IMG/VR virus record: IMGVR_UViG_3300046804_001782
Coordinates: 12,481 to 76,480 of that record
Length of the DNA: 64,000 nucleotides
DNA from: a virus
Reading direction: 5' to 3' (one strand)
Shown here: piece by piece, positions 56,068-64,000 of the stretch
How positions within the stretch are numbered: the first letter of the stretch is position 1
How the letters are laid out: every line of letters starts with the position of its first letter
Made by a program: the position numbers and the translations under genes
The notes under the pieces: model-generated
What the model was told of the DNA's origin: nothing
Seen by the model: the letters and a program-made list of their open reading frames with translations, nothing else
Databases searched by the model: none

Positions 56068-57222
56068 TCATCGGGCTAGGTATTCGTTACCACGCCAAAT
56101 GGCCCTACCATTACGAATTTCAACAATTTCCTTAGCCCAAGATCCGTCTTGCATGATGGTAACAACGCCCACACCCTGCTGCCAGTTTTCATACCGCTTA
56201 ATCGGGTACCCCTTGATATTTAAGGCCCCTTTTGTAGATGGTATTGCACCGTCTCTACGGGACAAACACCCCGGCGACCACGCGTTTACTGTGATGGGGC
56301 ATCCATCAACTTCGTATGTTTCATAGTGGTCTTGTATACGATGTATATGCCCTTGTACTACTGATTGTCTCTCGTTCTTGGCAACGGCTGAAACTGTTAA
56401 CCGCTCTCCATGTTTGGCAATCAAAGGTGTTTGACCTTCACCTCCAGCGGCGATTTTAACGCTGGCCGCTGGGTAACCATCATGGTAGATGACCCCTAGT
56501 TCATCTAGTCTCAACAGTCCTTGTAGGGATAGGACAGGCCATTCCTCTGGTGCATTGGCACGACGTAGACGAAGTGCTGCCATAGCATTTTTGGTGATGG
56601 CAATAGGAAGGCGATTGTCGTGGTTTCCCTCTAGCATGTGTACTTCACACCCTTGTGGAGCCTCGCTAATTTGATCGGCTAAGTACCTGTGGGTGCGATC
56701 AATTGTGGGCTGGGTAGTTAGAACATACTCAGGAGAAACAAGAAACTTAGAACTCCACTCAGGGAAATCGCAAGTGTCACCCAAGTTAATGATCTTGTTG
56801 GGTTTAGCGTCCCTTACGATCTGTAACATGATGTTGATTGCTTGCTCGTCATGGAATGGGTCTAGTGTTCCGTCTTCATACCTGCGAAACCCAATTTGTG
56901 GATCGGGTGCAATAATCACGACTTCAGATGCCCTGTTCGTTACCGGCTTTGCTGATGTCTTGACGATGCAAGGCTTTGCTGGTTGAACAACGGGCCAAGA
57001 AGGACCCTCTTGCCAAGTAGGGGAGAATTGAATGGCCGTGAGGTCATGAACCTCAGCCTCTCCTTCTTCATTCTTGGTTAGAGACTGGTATAGAGAAACT
57101 TGTTTGATTGCACCGATGTCATCTACATCAATGTTGTTTCTCTCAAGTAATTCGGCCAGTTTTCCCAACTTCTGCTTTTTATTAACAGGAGCAGTACTTA
57201 GGTCGTTTACTAGATCACTCAA
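56068..57222 (-). CDS. Calcineurin-like metallophosphoesterase
   Basis: DPQ, LGD..D, GNHD, HG, GHIHR. Confidence 0.85.
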   Translation of the reverse strand: MSDLVNDLSTAPVNKKQKLGKLAELLERNNIDVDDIGAIKQVSLYQSLTKNEEGEAEVHDLTAIQFSPTWQEGPSWPVVQPAKPCIVKTSAKPVTNRASEVVIIAPDPQIGFRRYEDGTLDPFHDEQAINIMLQIVRDAKPNKIINLGDTCDFPEWSSKFLVSPEYVLTTQPTIDRTHRYLADQISEAPQGCEVHMLEGNHDNRLPIAITKNAMAALRLRRANAPEEWPVLSLQGLLRLDELGVIYHDGYPAASVKIAAGGEGQTPLIAKHGERLTVSAVAKNERQSVVQGHIHRIQDHYETYEVDGCPITVNAWSPGCLSRRDGAIPSTKGALNIKGYPIKRYENWQQGVGVVTIMQDGSWAKEIVEIRNGRAIWRGNEYLAR

Positions 57223-57485
57223 CTGGTTTTCTCCCCGTTTAAGTAGCGACGAATTGTGGTACGACTAATTGGATAACCATGATTGGTAAGGACCTTGGCT
57301 AGCCACGCGCAAGAATACACTTTCGCTTTACCGCGACGTGTGTCATTGCGAATAAGGTCTAGAGATTTGGTAACCGCACTGCGCTCTTCTTCAGTCATCT
57401 GTTCCATGATGACTTCAAGACTGCTCGGTTCGCGCTCTACACCTTCGTGTCTACGCTCAAGGTCCTTCACAAGATCTGACATCAT
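57219..57485 (-). CDS. Small HTH-like protein
   Basis: WLAKVLTNHGYPISRTTIRRY; GAGGTG RBS. Confidence 0.6.
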   Translation of the reverse strand: MMSDLVKDLERRHEGVEREPSSLEVIMEQMTEEERSAVTKSLDLIRNDTRRGKAKVYSCAWLAKVLTNHGYPISRTTIRRYLNGEKTS

Positions 57486-57505
57486 GCACCTCTTTGTGAA
57501 CGTGT

Positions 57506-57523
57506 TGCTAGCACATGCTAGCA
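57506..57523. promoter_or_regulatory. Tandem TGCTAGCA palindromes, operator candidate
   Basis: TGCTAGCA-CA-TGCTAGCA flanked by TTTG(T)TGAACGT near-direct repeats. Confidence 0.5.
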
Positions 57524-57558
57524 TACCTTTTGTTGAACGTCTTTAGATGTTATAAAGA

Positions 57559-57960
57559 TCAGTCAAAAACGACGGTCTTATTGGGACGAGCCTGATGCAT
57601 CCCATTGTTATAGACCATCTCAAACTGAGGCATCATGTCACCAGACATGGATCCCTGTACAAAGTCACCAAGGAGTGCTGGGGCCTCAATCCATGAGGCT
57701 GAACCCATATGAGCACGCTCACGCATGGTGTCTTCTGGATACTTGTAAAACATCTCTGGATTGTTGTGGTTCTGACGAATTGGGCTTGGGGCAGTGTCTG
57801 AGTAGGCACCAACACCAAAGTCATAGGGAACGTCAGTATCAGACATTACGCCTTCATAGAAGCGAACTGGGCCGCGGTTGCCGGGGATCCCAGCAGCCAT
57901 CTGACGTTGAAACATGTTTGGTGAACGCTCACCAAAACCGGGAACTGGAGCAATTGCCAT
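57559..57960 (-). CDS. Hypothetical protein, probably highly expressed or virion-associated
   Basis: AGGAGG RBS; ERAHMGSASW motif. Confidence 0.7.
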   Translation of the reverse strand: MAIAPVPGFGERSPNMFQRQMAAGIPGNRGPVRFYEGVMSDTDVPYDFGVGAYSDTAPSPIRQNHNNPEMFYKYPEDTMRERAHMGSASWIEAPALLGDFVQGSMSGDMMPQFEMVYNNGMHQARPNKTVVFD

Positions 57961-58009
57961 AGTTAGATCCTCCTGTAGAGTCTATTTAAATGATAACACA
58001 AAAAGGTCA

Positions 58010-58492
58010 TCAGAAGGGAAGATAGTTAGGGGATTTTGGATCATTGCTTTCTTCAAATTGCTTCCTACCCTCTTCCATTGCTTGGCCATATTGTTTGCTG
58101 TTCAAACCTTTATATTGTTTACGTTTTTCTTTCTGCTTTTCGCTAAGTGGTGTTACTGGATCATTATCATCCATATCAAATTCGCCACCACCGTATTCTT
58201 CATCCTGCACTCTATTTATTTCATGCGCTTGTCTGGAATAATGCATGACTTTTGGGTGGAATGGGTCGTTGCCTGTCATTGACATAGCGTACTCATAAGG
58301 ATCGACCCGTGGTGGTCGTTGTTGACCCTGCGGTATACCGAAATGCTGTCCCCATGTCTTCTGACCCTCTGGATCAGATGGATCATAACTACTTGGGTTA
58401 CCACCAAGACCACGACCCCCACGGCGACCACCGGCACCACAGTTAGTACAGGGCTTTGGACCGCCTCCGCGCATAAAAGACTTAATACCCAT
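58010..58492 (-). CDS. Hypothetical Gly/Arg-rich protein
   Basis: AGGAGG RBS; CxxC followed by an RGG tract. Confidence 0.65.
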   Translation of the reverse strand: MGIKSFMRGGGPKPCTNCGAGGRRGGRGLGGNPSSYDPSDPEGQKTWGQHFGIPQGQQRPPRVDPYEYAMSMTGNDPFHPKVMHYSRQAHEINRVQDEEYGGGEFDMDDNDPVTPLSEKQKEKRKQYKGLNSKQYGQAMEEGRKQFEESNDPKSPNYLPF

Positions 58493-58524
58493 AGATTCCT
58501 CCTGAATAGGTTTTCTATACTATA

Positions 58525-60084
58525 TCACCTAAAAAACGGGTTGTCAGAAACGGTTACTTGTGGCATTGTGTCTAAAATTGACATAGAACAAGCAATAGCC
58601 AAACTGTCTGGAAAGTCATCGAAAGCCCCTCTTTCATCCGGGGCGGCGGCAAGAAGGTATGGTCCTCTGTAAATCTTTTCAAGATCAGACATTTGCTGAT
58701 TAAACTTCTTCCAAACCTTTGTGCGACGTGCTTTAGAATGGCCGGGAACTATTAATTGGTCGCGTTGTATTAACTCTGTTAAGTGTACCCATCGTTCGTT
58801 CTGGGCCTTGGAATCAGAGGAAACGGCCACCACATCAATATTTTGTAGCAATATTTGTAAACGTTCTGCTACAGCACCACCAACACCCTGTGAGTCAACA
58901 CCGACGCGCAATACGTCATAGTTTCTCAAGAAGTCAAGTATTTCAAAATACTGTTGTTCCCATTCTTCATTGTTTATTTCTAACCAATTAAGAACACGGT
59001 GTTCATAAAAACCAAAACCGTCAGGGCTGTTCCAATCAACCCACAAAACAGTGACCACGGTAGAGTCATTTGATCTTGCTACGTCTATACCAACAACAAC
59101 AGGCGTACGCCACCATTGTTTTACGATAGGCATTGACGAGTCGTACATGCGTTGTAGTCTTTCGTCAGTTACGAACATGCCCTTCTCAAGAATCCATTTA
59201 TTGCAATAGGACATCTGAAACTCATCAGAGTCCTCTCCAATACGCAACTTCTCTTTGGCTATGAACTTCGCATAGTTACTGTTATATTTTGCCGCTGTCT
59301 TCCAGTCATATTCAAAGTGACTCTGTCTATGTCCTCTACCAGCGTTTATATCGCGCCGCCGATTGTATTGAATCATCTTATAAAAATAAGACTTATTTCT
59401 AGTTGCAGTACCTGCTAGGGTTATAGATCCGTTGTTGAAGGCCAACATTGGCTTTATTGATTTAGCGATGACAAACTCATCTGCTTCTTGGGCCTCGTCA
59501 ATAAGAACAAAGTGATACGTTTTTGATTCAATCTTTGCTTTTGGGTTACAGGTCTGCATTCGACATAACGATCCAGAATGCTTTAGTGTGATTATTCTTC
59601 CTTTACCACGCGGGCCACCAGAGGTTGCTTTGTCATCAATCTCCGGGTCAAGGAGGAAGTCCATAGCATGGTCACTGGTCAACTTGCTGACAATACGACT
59701 GAAAACGGTGTCAGCCTGATCTTCTACCGGAGCAAAAACACCACACCAAAAACCTTTTGAGAACTTACTCAACCACGTTGGGTATACCTTTGACAGTTTT
59801 GGAAGGATAACCATCATAGATGCAAGTACGTTAGAAACAACTTCTGACTTGCCAGACTGACGAGTGGCAACGAGTGTTAACTCTTCACCGTCACCTAGGA
59901 TAATGCTTTCTATTAGACGATACGCAATAGGAACTTGATAAGGAAATAACGTTACATCACAAAACTCCTCTGTAAATACTATTAGTTTTTTTACTAATGC
60001 ATCTACAAACTCTGCTGACGTTTCGTCAAGTTCCTCTTCACTATTATCTTGTTCGTAGCCCTCTTCAAGAAGTAATTCTTCCAT
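58525..60084 (-). CDS. Terminase large subunit
   Basis: FPYQ, RQSGKS, IDEAQ, GIDVAR, DDFPDS. Confidence 0.92.
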   Translation of the reverse strand: MEELLLEEGYEQDNSEEELDETSAEFVDALVKKLIVFTEEFCDVTLFPYQVPIAYRLIESIILGDGEELTLVATRQSGKSEVVSNVLASMMVILPKLSKVYPTWLSKFSKGFWCGVFAPVEDQADTVFSRIVSKLTSDHAMDFLLDPEIDDKATSGGPRGKGRIITLKHSGSLCRMQTCNPKAKIESKTYHFVLIDEAQEADEFVIAKSIKPMLAFNNGSITLAGTATRNKSYFYKMIQYNRRRDINAGRGHRQSHFEYDWKTAAKYNSNYAKFIAKEKLRIGEDSDEFQMSYCNKWILEKGMFVTDERLQRMYDSSMPIVKQWWRTPVVVGIDVARSNDSTVVTVLWVDWNSPDGFGFYEHRVLNWLEINNEEWEQQYFEILDFLRNYDVLRVGVDSQGVGGAVAERLQILLQNIDVVAVSSDSKAQNERWVHLTELIQRDQLIVPGHSKARRTKVWKKFNQQMSDLEKIYRGPYLLAAAPDERGAFDDFPDSLAIACSMSILDTMPQVTVSDNPFFR

Positions 60085-60312
60085 TTAAACACCGTCCCGG
60101 CACTGTAGTTCTTTCCATAATTCCTGTAGTGCCTCTAGGTGTTCAGTTACTGGACCTTCTGGTCCTTCATGAAACCTCCATTGGTCATAGGCTGATCCAA
60201 GACCAAGAAGGGTGCTGTCAAACCACGATTTAAGTGCAGATGTCTCCATAGACTTTATTCTCTTGATAGACGATCCGACTTTTAACACTTCTTGTTTATT
60301 AAACAGTTTCAT
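60085..60312 (-). CDS. Hypothetical protein
   Basis: Stop abuts the terminase start. Confidence 0.6.
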   Translation of the reverse strand: MKLFNKQEVLKVGSSIKRIKSMETSALKSWFDSTLLGLGSAYDQWRFHEGPEGPVTEHLEALQELWKELQCRDGV

Positions 60313-60647
60313 TTCCAGTTACCAATATCCCCAGCAGTATCGGAAAGATAGCGACCTTGCACTGCGTCAAGTATCCCAGTTTCCTCATTATCTTGTCTTG
60401 TTTTTCTACATAAACCTATTTGTATTATTTGAGTTTTAATACGTAATTGTAATCCTTTTCCCCTTCTCCAAGGGTATCCTAACTCTTTCATAAAGCCAAG
60501 AGCAAGATGTGGCATACCTGTAGTACCGTTATCTCTACGTATGATATAAAAGGGTCCAAAACCCAATACACGGTTCATGGATCTTTTTGCTATATAAACT
60601 AATAGTGCTATTGAACTACCAACAACTGCTGCAACTGTGTATAACAT
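60309..60647 (-). CDS. Hypothetical membrane-anchored protein
   Basis: N-terminal hydrophobic helix. Confidence 0.6.
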   Translation of the reverse strand: MLYTVAAVVGSSIALLVYIAKRSMNRVLGFGPFYIIRRDNGTTGMPHLALGFMKELGYPWRRGKGLQLRIKTQIIQIGLCRKTRQDNEETGILDAVQGRYLSDTAGDIGNWK

Positions 60648-61096
60648 TATCCACCAACATTTCCTACATCAAATATGTAACCCGGTAGTGTAAGTATTGC
60701 TTGACCATATGACTTTTGATTTTTAAAATCCTCATACTCAGAAAGAGACAGTGGACCATAGCGAGATACGTTAGTTCCTTTTACCCACCAAACGTACAAG
60801 TAACCTTCAATATTCGTATTAGATGATAGTGCCTCTTCAAACTGGTTCATGGATAAAAATCTGCTCTGAAGTGGAACAAATTGAAAACCGGCCAACCTAC
60901 TGCTCATTGTAGGTGCTTGGTAATACGTGTCTGTTTTTATAAGATTTACTGGATCAAAAATACTTGGTTGAGGGCCTCCAACTACGTCTTCCTCTGGAGG
61001 AGGTACAGCACTTGATCTTAAAGGGTAGTTTTCAATATCTTGTATTCTTTGCCCAAGATCAAATGCGGGGTTTAGACCCCTTCTTCTACTAGCCAT
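60647..61096 (-). CDS. Hypothetical protein with a divergent KTSC-like domain
   Basis: SSR....F...LYV.W..G...Y.....Y..F....S.G. Confidence 0.45.
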   Translation of the reverse strand: MASRRRGLNPAFDLGQRIQDIENYPLRSSAVPPPEEDVVGGPQPSIFDPVNLIKTDTYYQAPTMSSRLAGFQFVPLQSRFLSMNQFEEALSSNTNIEGYLYVWWVKGTNVSRYGPLSLSEYEDFKNQKSYGQAILTLPGYIFDVGNVGG

Positions 61097-61893
61097 TACT
61101 TAGGCATTTCCGATAACCACTTGGCATACGCGGTTGCAGTTACTGGACCATATATACCATCAACTTTTACCTTTAATGCTTCCTGCATCTTTTTAATACC
61201 TTCAATGGTTTTAGGACCGGCCCAACCATCAACAGTATGTGGGTACCAACCCCAAAATGTTAAAACCTGTTGCAATACTGCTACTTTCTTACCACTCATA
61301 TATGGGGTAAGTAATTCAATAACAGGTTCTGGTATTATAGTGGGACGTTCTTTTGGAGGTGCCGGTGGTGGTGGTACTTCTTCAGCCCACGGTTTTAAAG
61401 GTTCATACTTAGATGAGTAGCGGCTACGGCTATGGGGTATTTCGATTGGCTGCAAGTGCCATTCTTCGCCGTTAACATTTCCAAAATGTATTAATCCGTA
61501 CTTTTCACAATGTGCGGTCATCCATTTCATGTCACCGACCATGTCTACTGCTAAACATTTTCCATCTTTTGTTGTGCTTTCATGGTAAGACATGCCGGGA
61601 GGTGCCATGTGTGCTCGTCCCTTTTTTAACTTATAACGAGCACCTTCAAACTTGCAACAACCACCGAAGAGTACCTTTTCATGACGGTCTAAGAATCCTA
61701 CTTTTTGTGTAAGGCTTGCTCTCCAACCACCACCGATACCTACTGGTCGCCCAGCAGCAATAGAGGCATCCATAAGCATCTTTAAACGGCGACGAAACTC
61801 TGGATCAAAACGTGCCCAAACAGACCAAGCCAGTAATCCGTTCTCTGTTCTTTTTGCACCGGAGTACCCTGTCATGTACATCTTATCCATCAT
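61096..61893 (-). CDS. Endolysin: M15-type peptidase plus C-terminal peptidoglycan-binding domain
   Basis: GGWR, APPG.S.H, AVD, E.WH; V..LQ..L...VDG..GP.T...VDGIYGP.T. Confidence 0.85.
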   Translation of the reverse strand: MMDKMYMTGYSGAKRTENGLLAWSVWARFDPEFRRRLKMLMDASIAAGRPVGIGGGWRASLTQKVGFLDRHEKVLFGGCCKFEGARYKLKKGRAHMAPPGMSYHESTTKDGKCLAVDMVGDMKWMTAHCEKYGLIHFGNVNGEEWHLQPIEIPHSRSRYSSKYEPLKPWAEEVPPPPAPPKERPTIIPEPVIELLTPYMSGKKVAVLQQVLTFWGWYPHTVDGWAGPKTIEGIKKMQEALKVKVDGIYGPVTATAYAKWLSEMPK

Positions 61894-61911
61894 GACTCCT
61901 TATTAATTAAA

Positions 61912-62961
61912 TCACTTTTCTAATTCTTTGTAATATATTAGGTTATTATGTAGACGCCCGTCACCCGGATCACTTTCTAATGCTTTCAAACCATGTTTAA
62001 TGGCCTCATCGGCCATCTTTAGATGATAACAAGAAACAGCCGCTATGTCATCAAGCAAAGACCCGAAAGCCCAAGCCTCAGATAAATAATCAAGTGTACG
62101 ATCTTTTATTTCTAGTCCACGTAGTGCTGCTGTATAGCAACCTATCCAATTACTATTTTTATAGTAAAACATCGCTAGTTCTGCCCAAGTTTCACGCCGT
62201 CGCGAATCTTCAGCAAGTGCTCTAAAAAGCCAATACTCAGTTTCGTGCGGCAAACACTGTGCTAGATATCTCATACTTCTTGCACGTTCAGCGGCCCACA
62301 TAGCAGTAGGTAATGCTATGTGTCGTTTAAACTCGGCAGTCGCTTCTTCTATACGTCCATTAAAAAAGTACTCTCTTGCCAAATAGTGTGCAGTTCTATC
62401 ATCCATTGGGTCTTCTTTAGCAGCAAGTTCCAATAGTGGTAAGTATTGCCCTCTAGATTTTGTGTTATCTGGATGATGGTGTACTTCTAATGCACAAAAG
62501 GACTGTACTTCTTGACCAGAGCAAACAAGTATTTCGTGTACTGGATGCTTCCAGTAATAGTTAGTTCTCCTATGTATGTGGTCACGGTAAAACACCAGTC
62601 CTTCAGAACCATCTGGATTCCACGACCAAACGTATTTGTAACGTGGACGAGTTATTGTTTCTGGAAGGTTTTCTAAGTGCTTGCGCCAACCCGGAATAAG
62701 TATTTCATCGGCATCTAGAGACACACACCAATCAAGATCTTCTGGAAGAAGTGACAGTGCTTCATTTCTTGCTACATCAAAACGCCACGGTTTAACGGAA
62801 ATATTATGCACAATACATCCCGCATCCTTAGCAATTTGCACAGTATTGTCCGTAGATCCAGTATCTACAAGAATGCGGTAATCGGCATCCTTTGCTGACT
62901 CTGCCCACCTCTTGATGTGTTTTTCTTCATTAAGACTTATTGTGTAAACGGCGATCTTCAT
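61912..62961 (-). CDS. GT2 glycosyltransferase with TPR-like C-terminus
   Basis: NEE, DTGSTD, RFDVARN, LDADE, VHE; helical repeats. Confidence 0.88.
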   Translation of the reverse strand: MKIAVYTISLNEEKHIKRWAESAKDADYRILVDTGSTDNTVQIAKDAGCIVHNISVKPWRFDVARNEALSLLPEDLDWCVSLDADEILIPGWRKHLENLPETITRPRYKYVWSWNPDGSEGLVFYRDHIHRRTNYYWKHPVHEILVCSGQEVQSFCALEVHHHPDNTKSRGQYLPLLELAAKEDPMDDRTAHYLAREYFFNGRIEEATAEFKRHIALPTAMWAAERARSMRYLAQCLPHETEYWLFRALAEDSRRRETWAELAMFYYKNSNWIGCYTAALRGLEIKDRTLDYLSEAWAFGSLLDDIAAVSCYHLKMADEAIKHGLKALESDPGDGRLHNNLIYYKELEK

Positions 62962-62971
62962 TTTGTATCCT

Positions 62972-63151
62972 TTATGAAGTAGTACTAACCTCTGTCAGTA
63001 CTGATGGTACATAGTCAATTGGAACACTCAGGTGTTCTGATACGTGTATTGATGCACAATCAACACACAGCAATCCAATAGGAGTAACAGTATTGTCGCC
63101 ATCGGTAAAGATGTCATCAGTTAATGGATTGTTAGGAAAGTCTATTGCCAT
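62972..63151 (-). pseudogene. 59-aa ORF starting MAIDFPNNP, probable truncated fibre-gene remnant
   Basis: GAGGA RBS; recognisable virion-protein N-terminus for about 20 aa, then unrelated sequence. Confidence 0.45.
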
Positions 63152-63166
63152 ATTAAGTTCCTCTTA

Positions 63167-64000
63167 TTATCCGTAGGTGTATACCACGACCTTGCCGTTG
63201 CCGCCGTTGCCACCGTTACCGCCGGTTGCGACCACGCCTGCCGTGTTGACCGAGCGTGCACCACCGCCACCACCGCCACCGGAACCTGCCGTGCCGTTCC
63301 CGCCGTTCCCGCCGGTCACGTTGCCCGATGCGGCATAGGTTGACTGGCCTCCACCGCCGCCAGACGCGCACCAACCGGTGCCAGCAGTTCCCGCTCCACC
63401 GTTGATGGAGCCGGTCGTGCCACCTGCACCGCCAGCGGTAGATCCTGAGCCGCCACCGGCACCGCCGTCCTGTACGGCTGTCGTGAATGGTGCGCCGCCG
63501 TACCCGCCACCAGCAGGAATGGTGAGCGTGCTTGGTGCAGCGACGAACGTCGGGTTATTGTCGGTCGCTGCGCCTGCTCCGCTGTCGTTGCCCCACTCAA
63601 TGCCGATAGTGCCAGCGGTGCGGGTGTAGTTCGCCCCACCGAGACCGCCAGTAGACACGGCAGCGTTCGTCGTCGCGACACCGCCGCCCTGCCCGCCGAG
63701 CGCACGAATCAGATTCGCCGCGGAGGAGAACTCGCTGTAGCCGCCGTCAGTCCCCGATGTGCCGTCAACCTTGCCGTTCGATCCTGTGCCAGTACGGGTC
63801 GCACCGGATGCACCAGCACCGCCCTGCCCGACGACGACCGGCTCGGTTGCCCCGAGATCAGCGGCGGCATACCAGCGGAGACAAACCGCACCGCCGCCAC
63901 CTCCTCCAGCGCCGCCGCCCGCCGTGCCCTGTGACGCTGTCCCGCCGCCACCGCCGCCGCCCGCTCCGACGACGACGACTTGCACCATACGAGCGTTGGC
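63167..64000 (-). CDS. Glycine-rich tail fibre/adhesin-like protein, 5' end beyond the window
   Basis: V.VVGAGGGGG...GG.G.VVV; frame open to 64000. Confidence 0.75.
   Translation of the reverse strand, partial: ANARMVQVVVVGAGGGGGGGTASQGTAGGGAGGGGGGAVCLRWYAAADLGATEPVVVGQGGAGASGATRTGTGSNGKVDGTSGTDGGYSEFSSAANLIRALGGQGGGVATTNAAVSTGGLGGANYTRTAGTIGIEWGNDSGAGAATDNNPTFVAAPSTLTIPAGGGYGGAPFTTAVQDGGAGGGSGSTAGGAGGTTGSINGGAGTAGTGWCASGGGGGQSTYAASGNVTGGNGGNGTAGSGGGGGGGARSVNTAGVVATGGNGGNGGNGKVVVYTYG

Larger units (their letters stand above)
1..64000. mobile_element. Segment of a large myovirus-type bacteriophage genome, probable Actinomycetota host
   Basis: Terminase, portal, capsid, sheath, tube, baseplate and tape-measure genes plus a phage replisome; densely packed/overlapping genes; two WhiB genes; no host housekeeping operons. 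Confidence 0.97.

Noticed and set aside
1-64000. Stop-codon reassignment, introns or inteins
   Set aside because: Core genes (PolA, RecA, DnaB, TerL, capsid) are intact and of normal length in the standard code, and all three stop codons end genes

Overview
The window is a 64-kb segment of a large tailed-phage genome with a contractile (myovirus-type) tail. Two WhiB genes and TANNNT/leaderless-style promoters point to an Actinomycetota host. Layout: (1) 1-6.8 kb, + strand accessory arm: SNF2 helicase, dTDP-glucose 4,6-dehydratase, HNH, pyrimidine-dimer glycosylase-like protein, WhiB, CMP/dCMP-type deaminase. (2) 6.8-14.7 kb, - strand: glycosyltransferase, WhiB, HD-hydrolase fusion, degenerate TGT-like protein, unknown genes, SpoVS. 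(3) 14.7-29.5 kb, - strand replication/recombination module: resolvases, ThyX, Cas4-like nuclease, RecA, PolA, SSB, SNF2, primase, DnaB, DnaC-like loader, and an initiator with internal iteron-like repeats. (4) 29.5-30.9 kb, + strand islet: structured leader RNA, Dps and basic microproteins. (5) 30.9-60 kb, - strand morphogenesis: fibres, baseplate, tape measure, chaperone with a probable frameshift, tube, sheath, neck, major capsid, scaffold, portal, terminase. (6) 60-64 kb: endolysin, GT2-TPR glycosyltransferase and a GC-rich Gly-rich gene running off the edge. I saw no tRNA, rRNA, CRISPR array or integrase. The most notable candidates are the structured-RNA/Dps/microprotein islet beside the putative origin, a possible virion-glycosylation system (RmlB + GTs + Thr-rich collagen spike), a possible nucleotide/DNA-modification cluster, phage-borne SpoVS, and a +1/-2 tail-chaperone frameshift. 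All functional calls come from motif recognition by eye; no searches were run.
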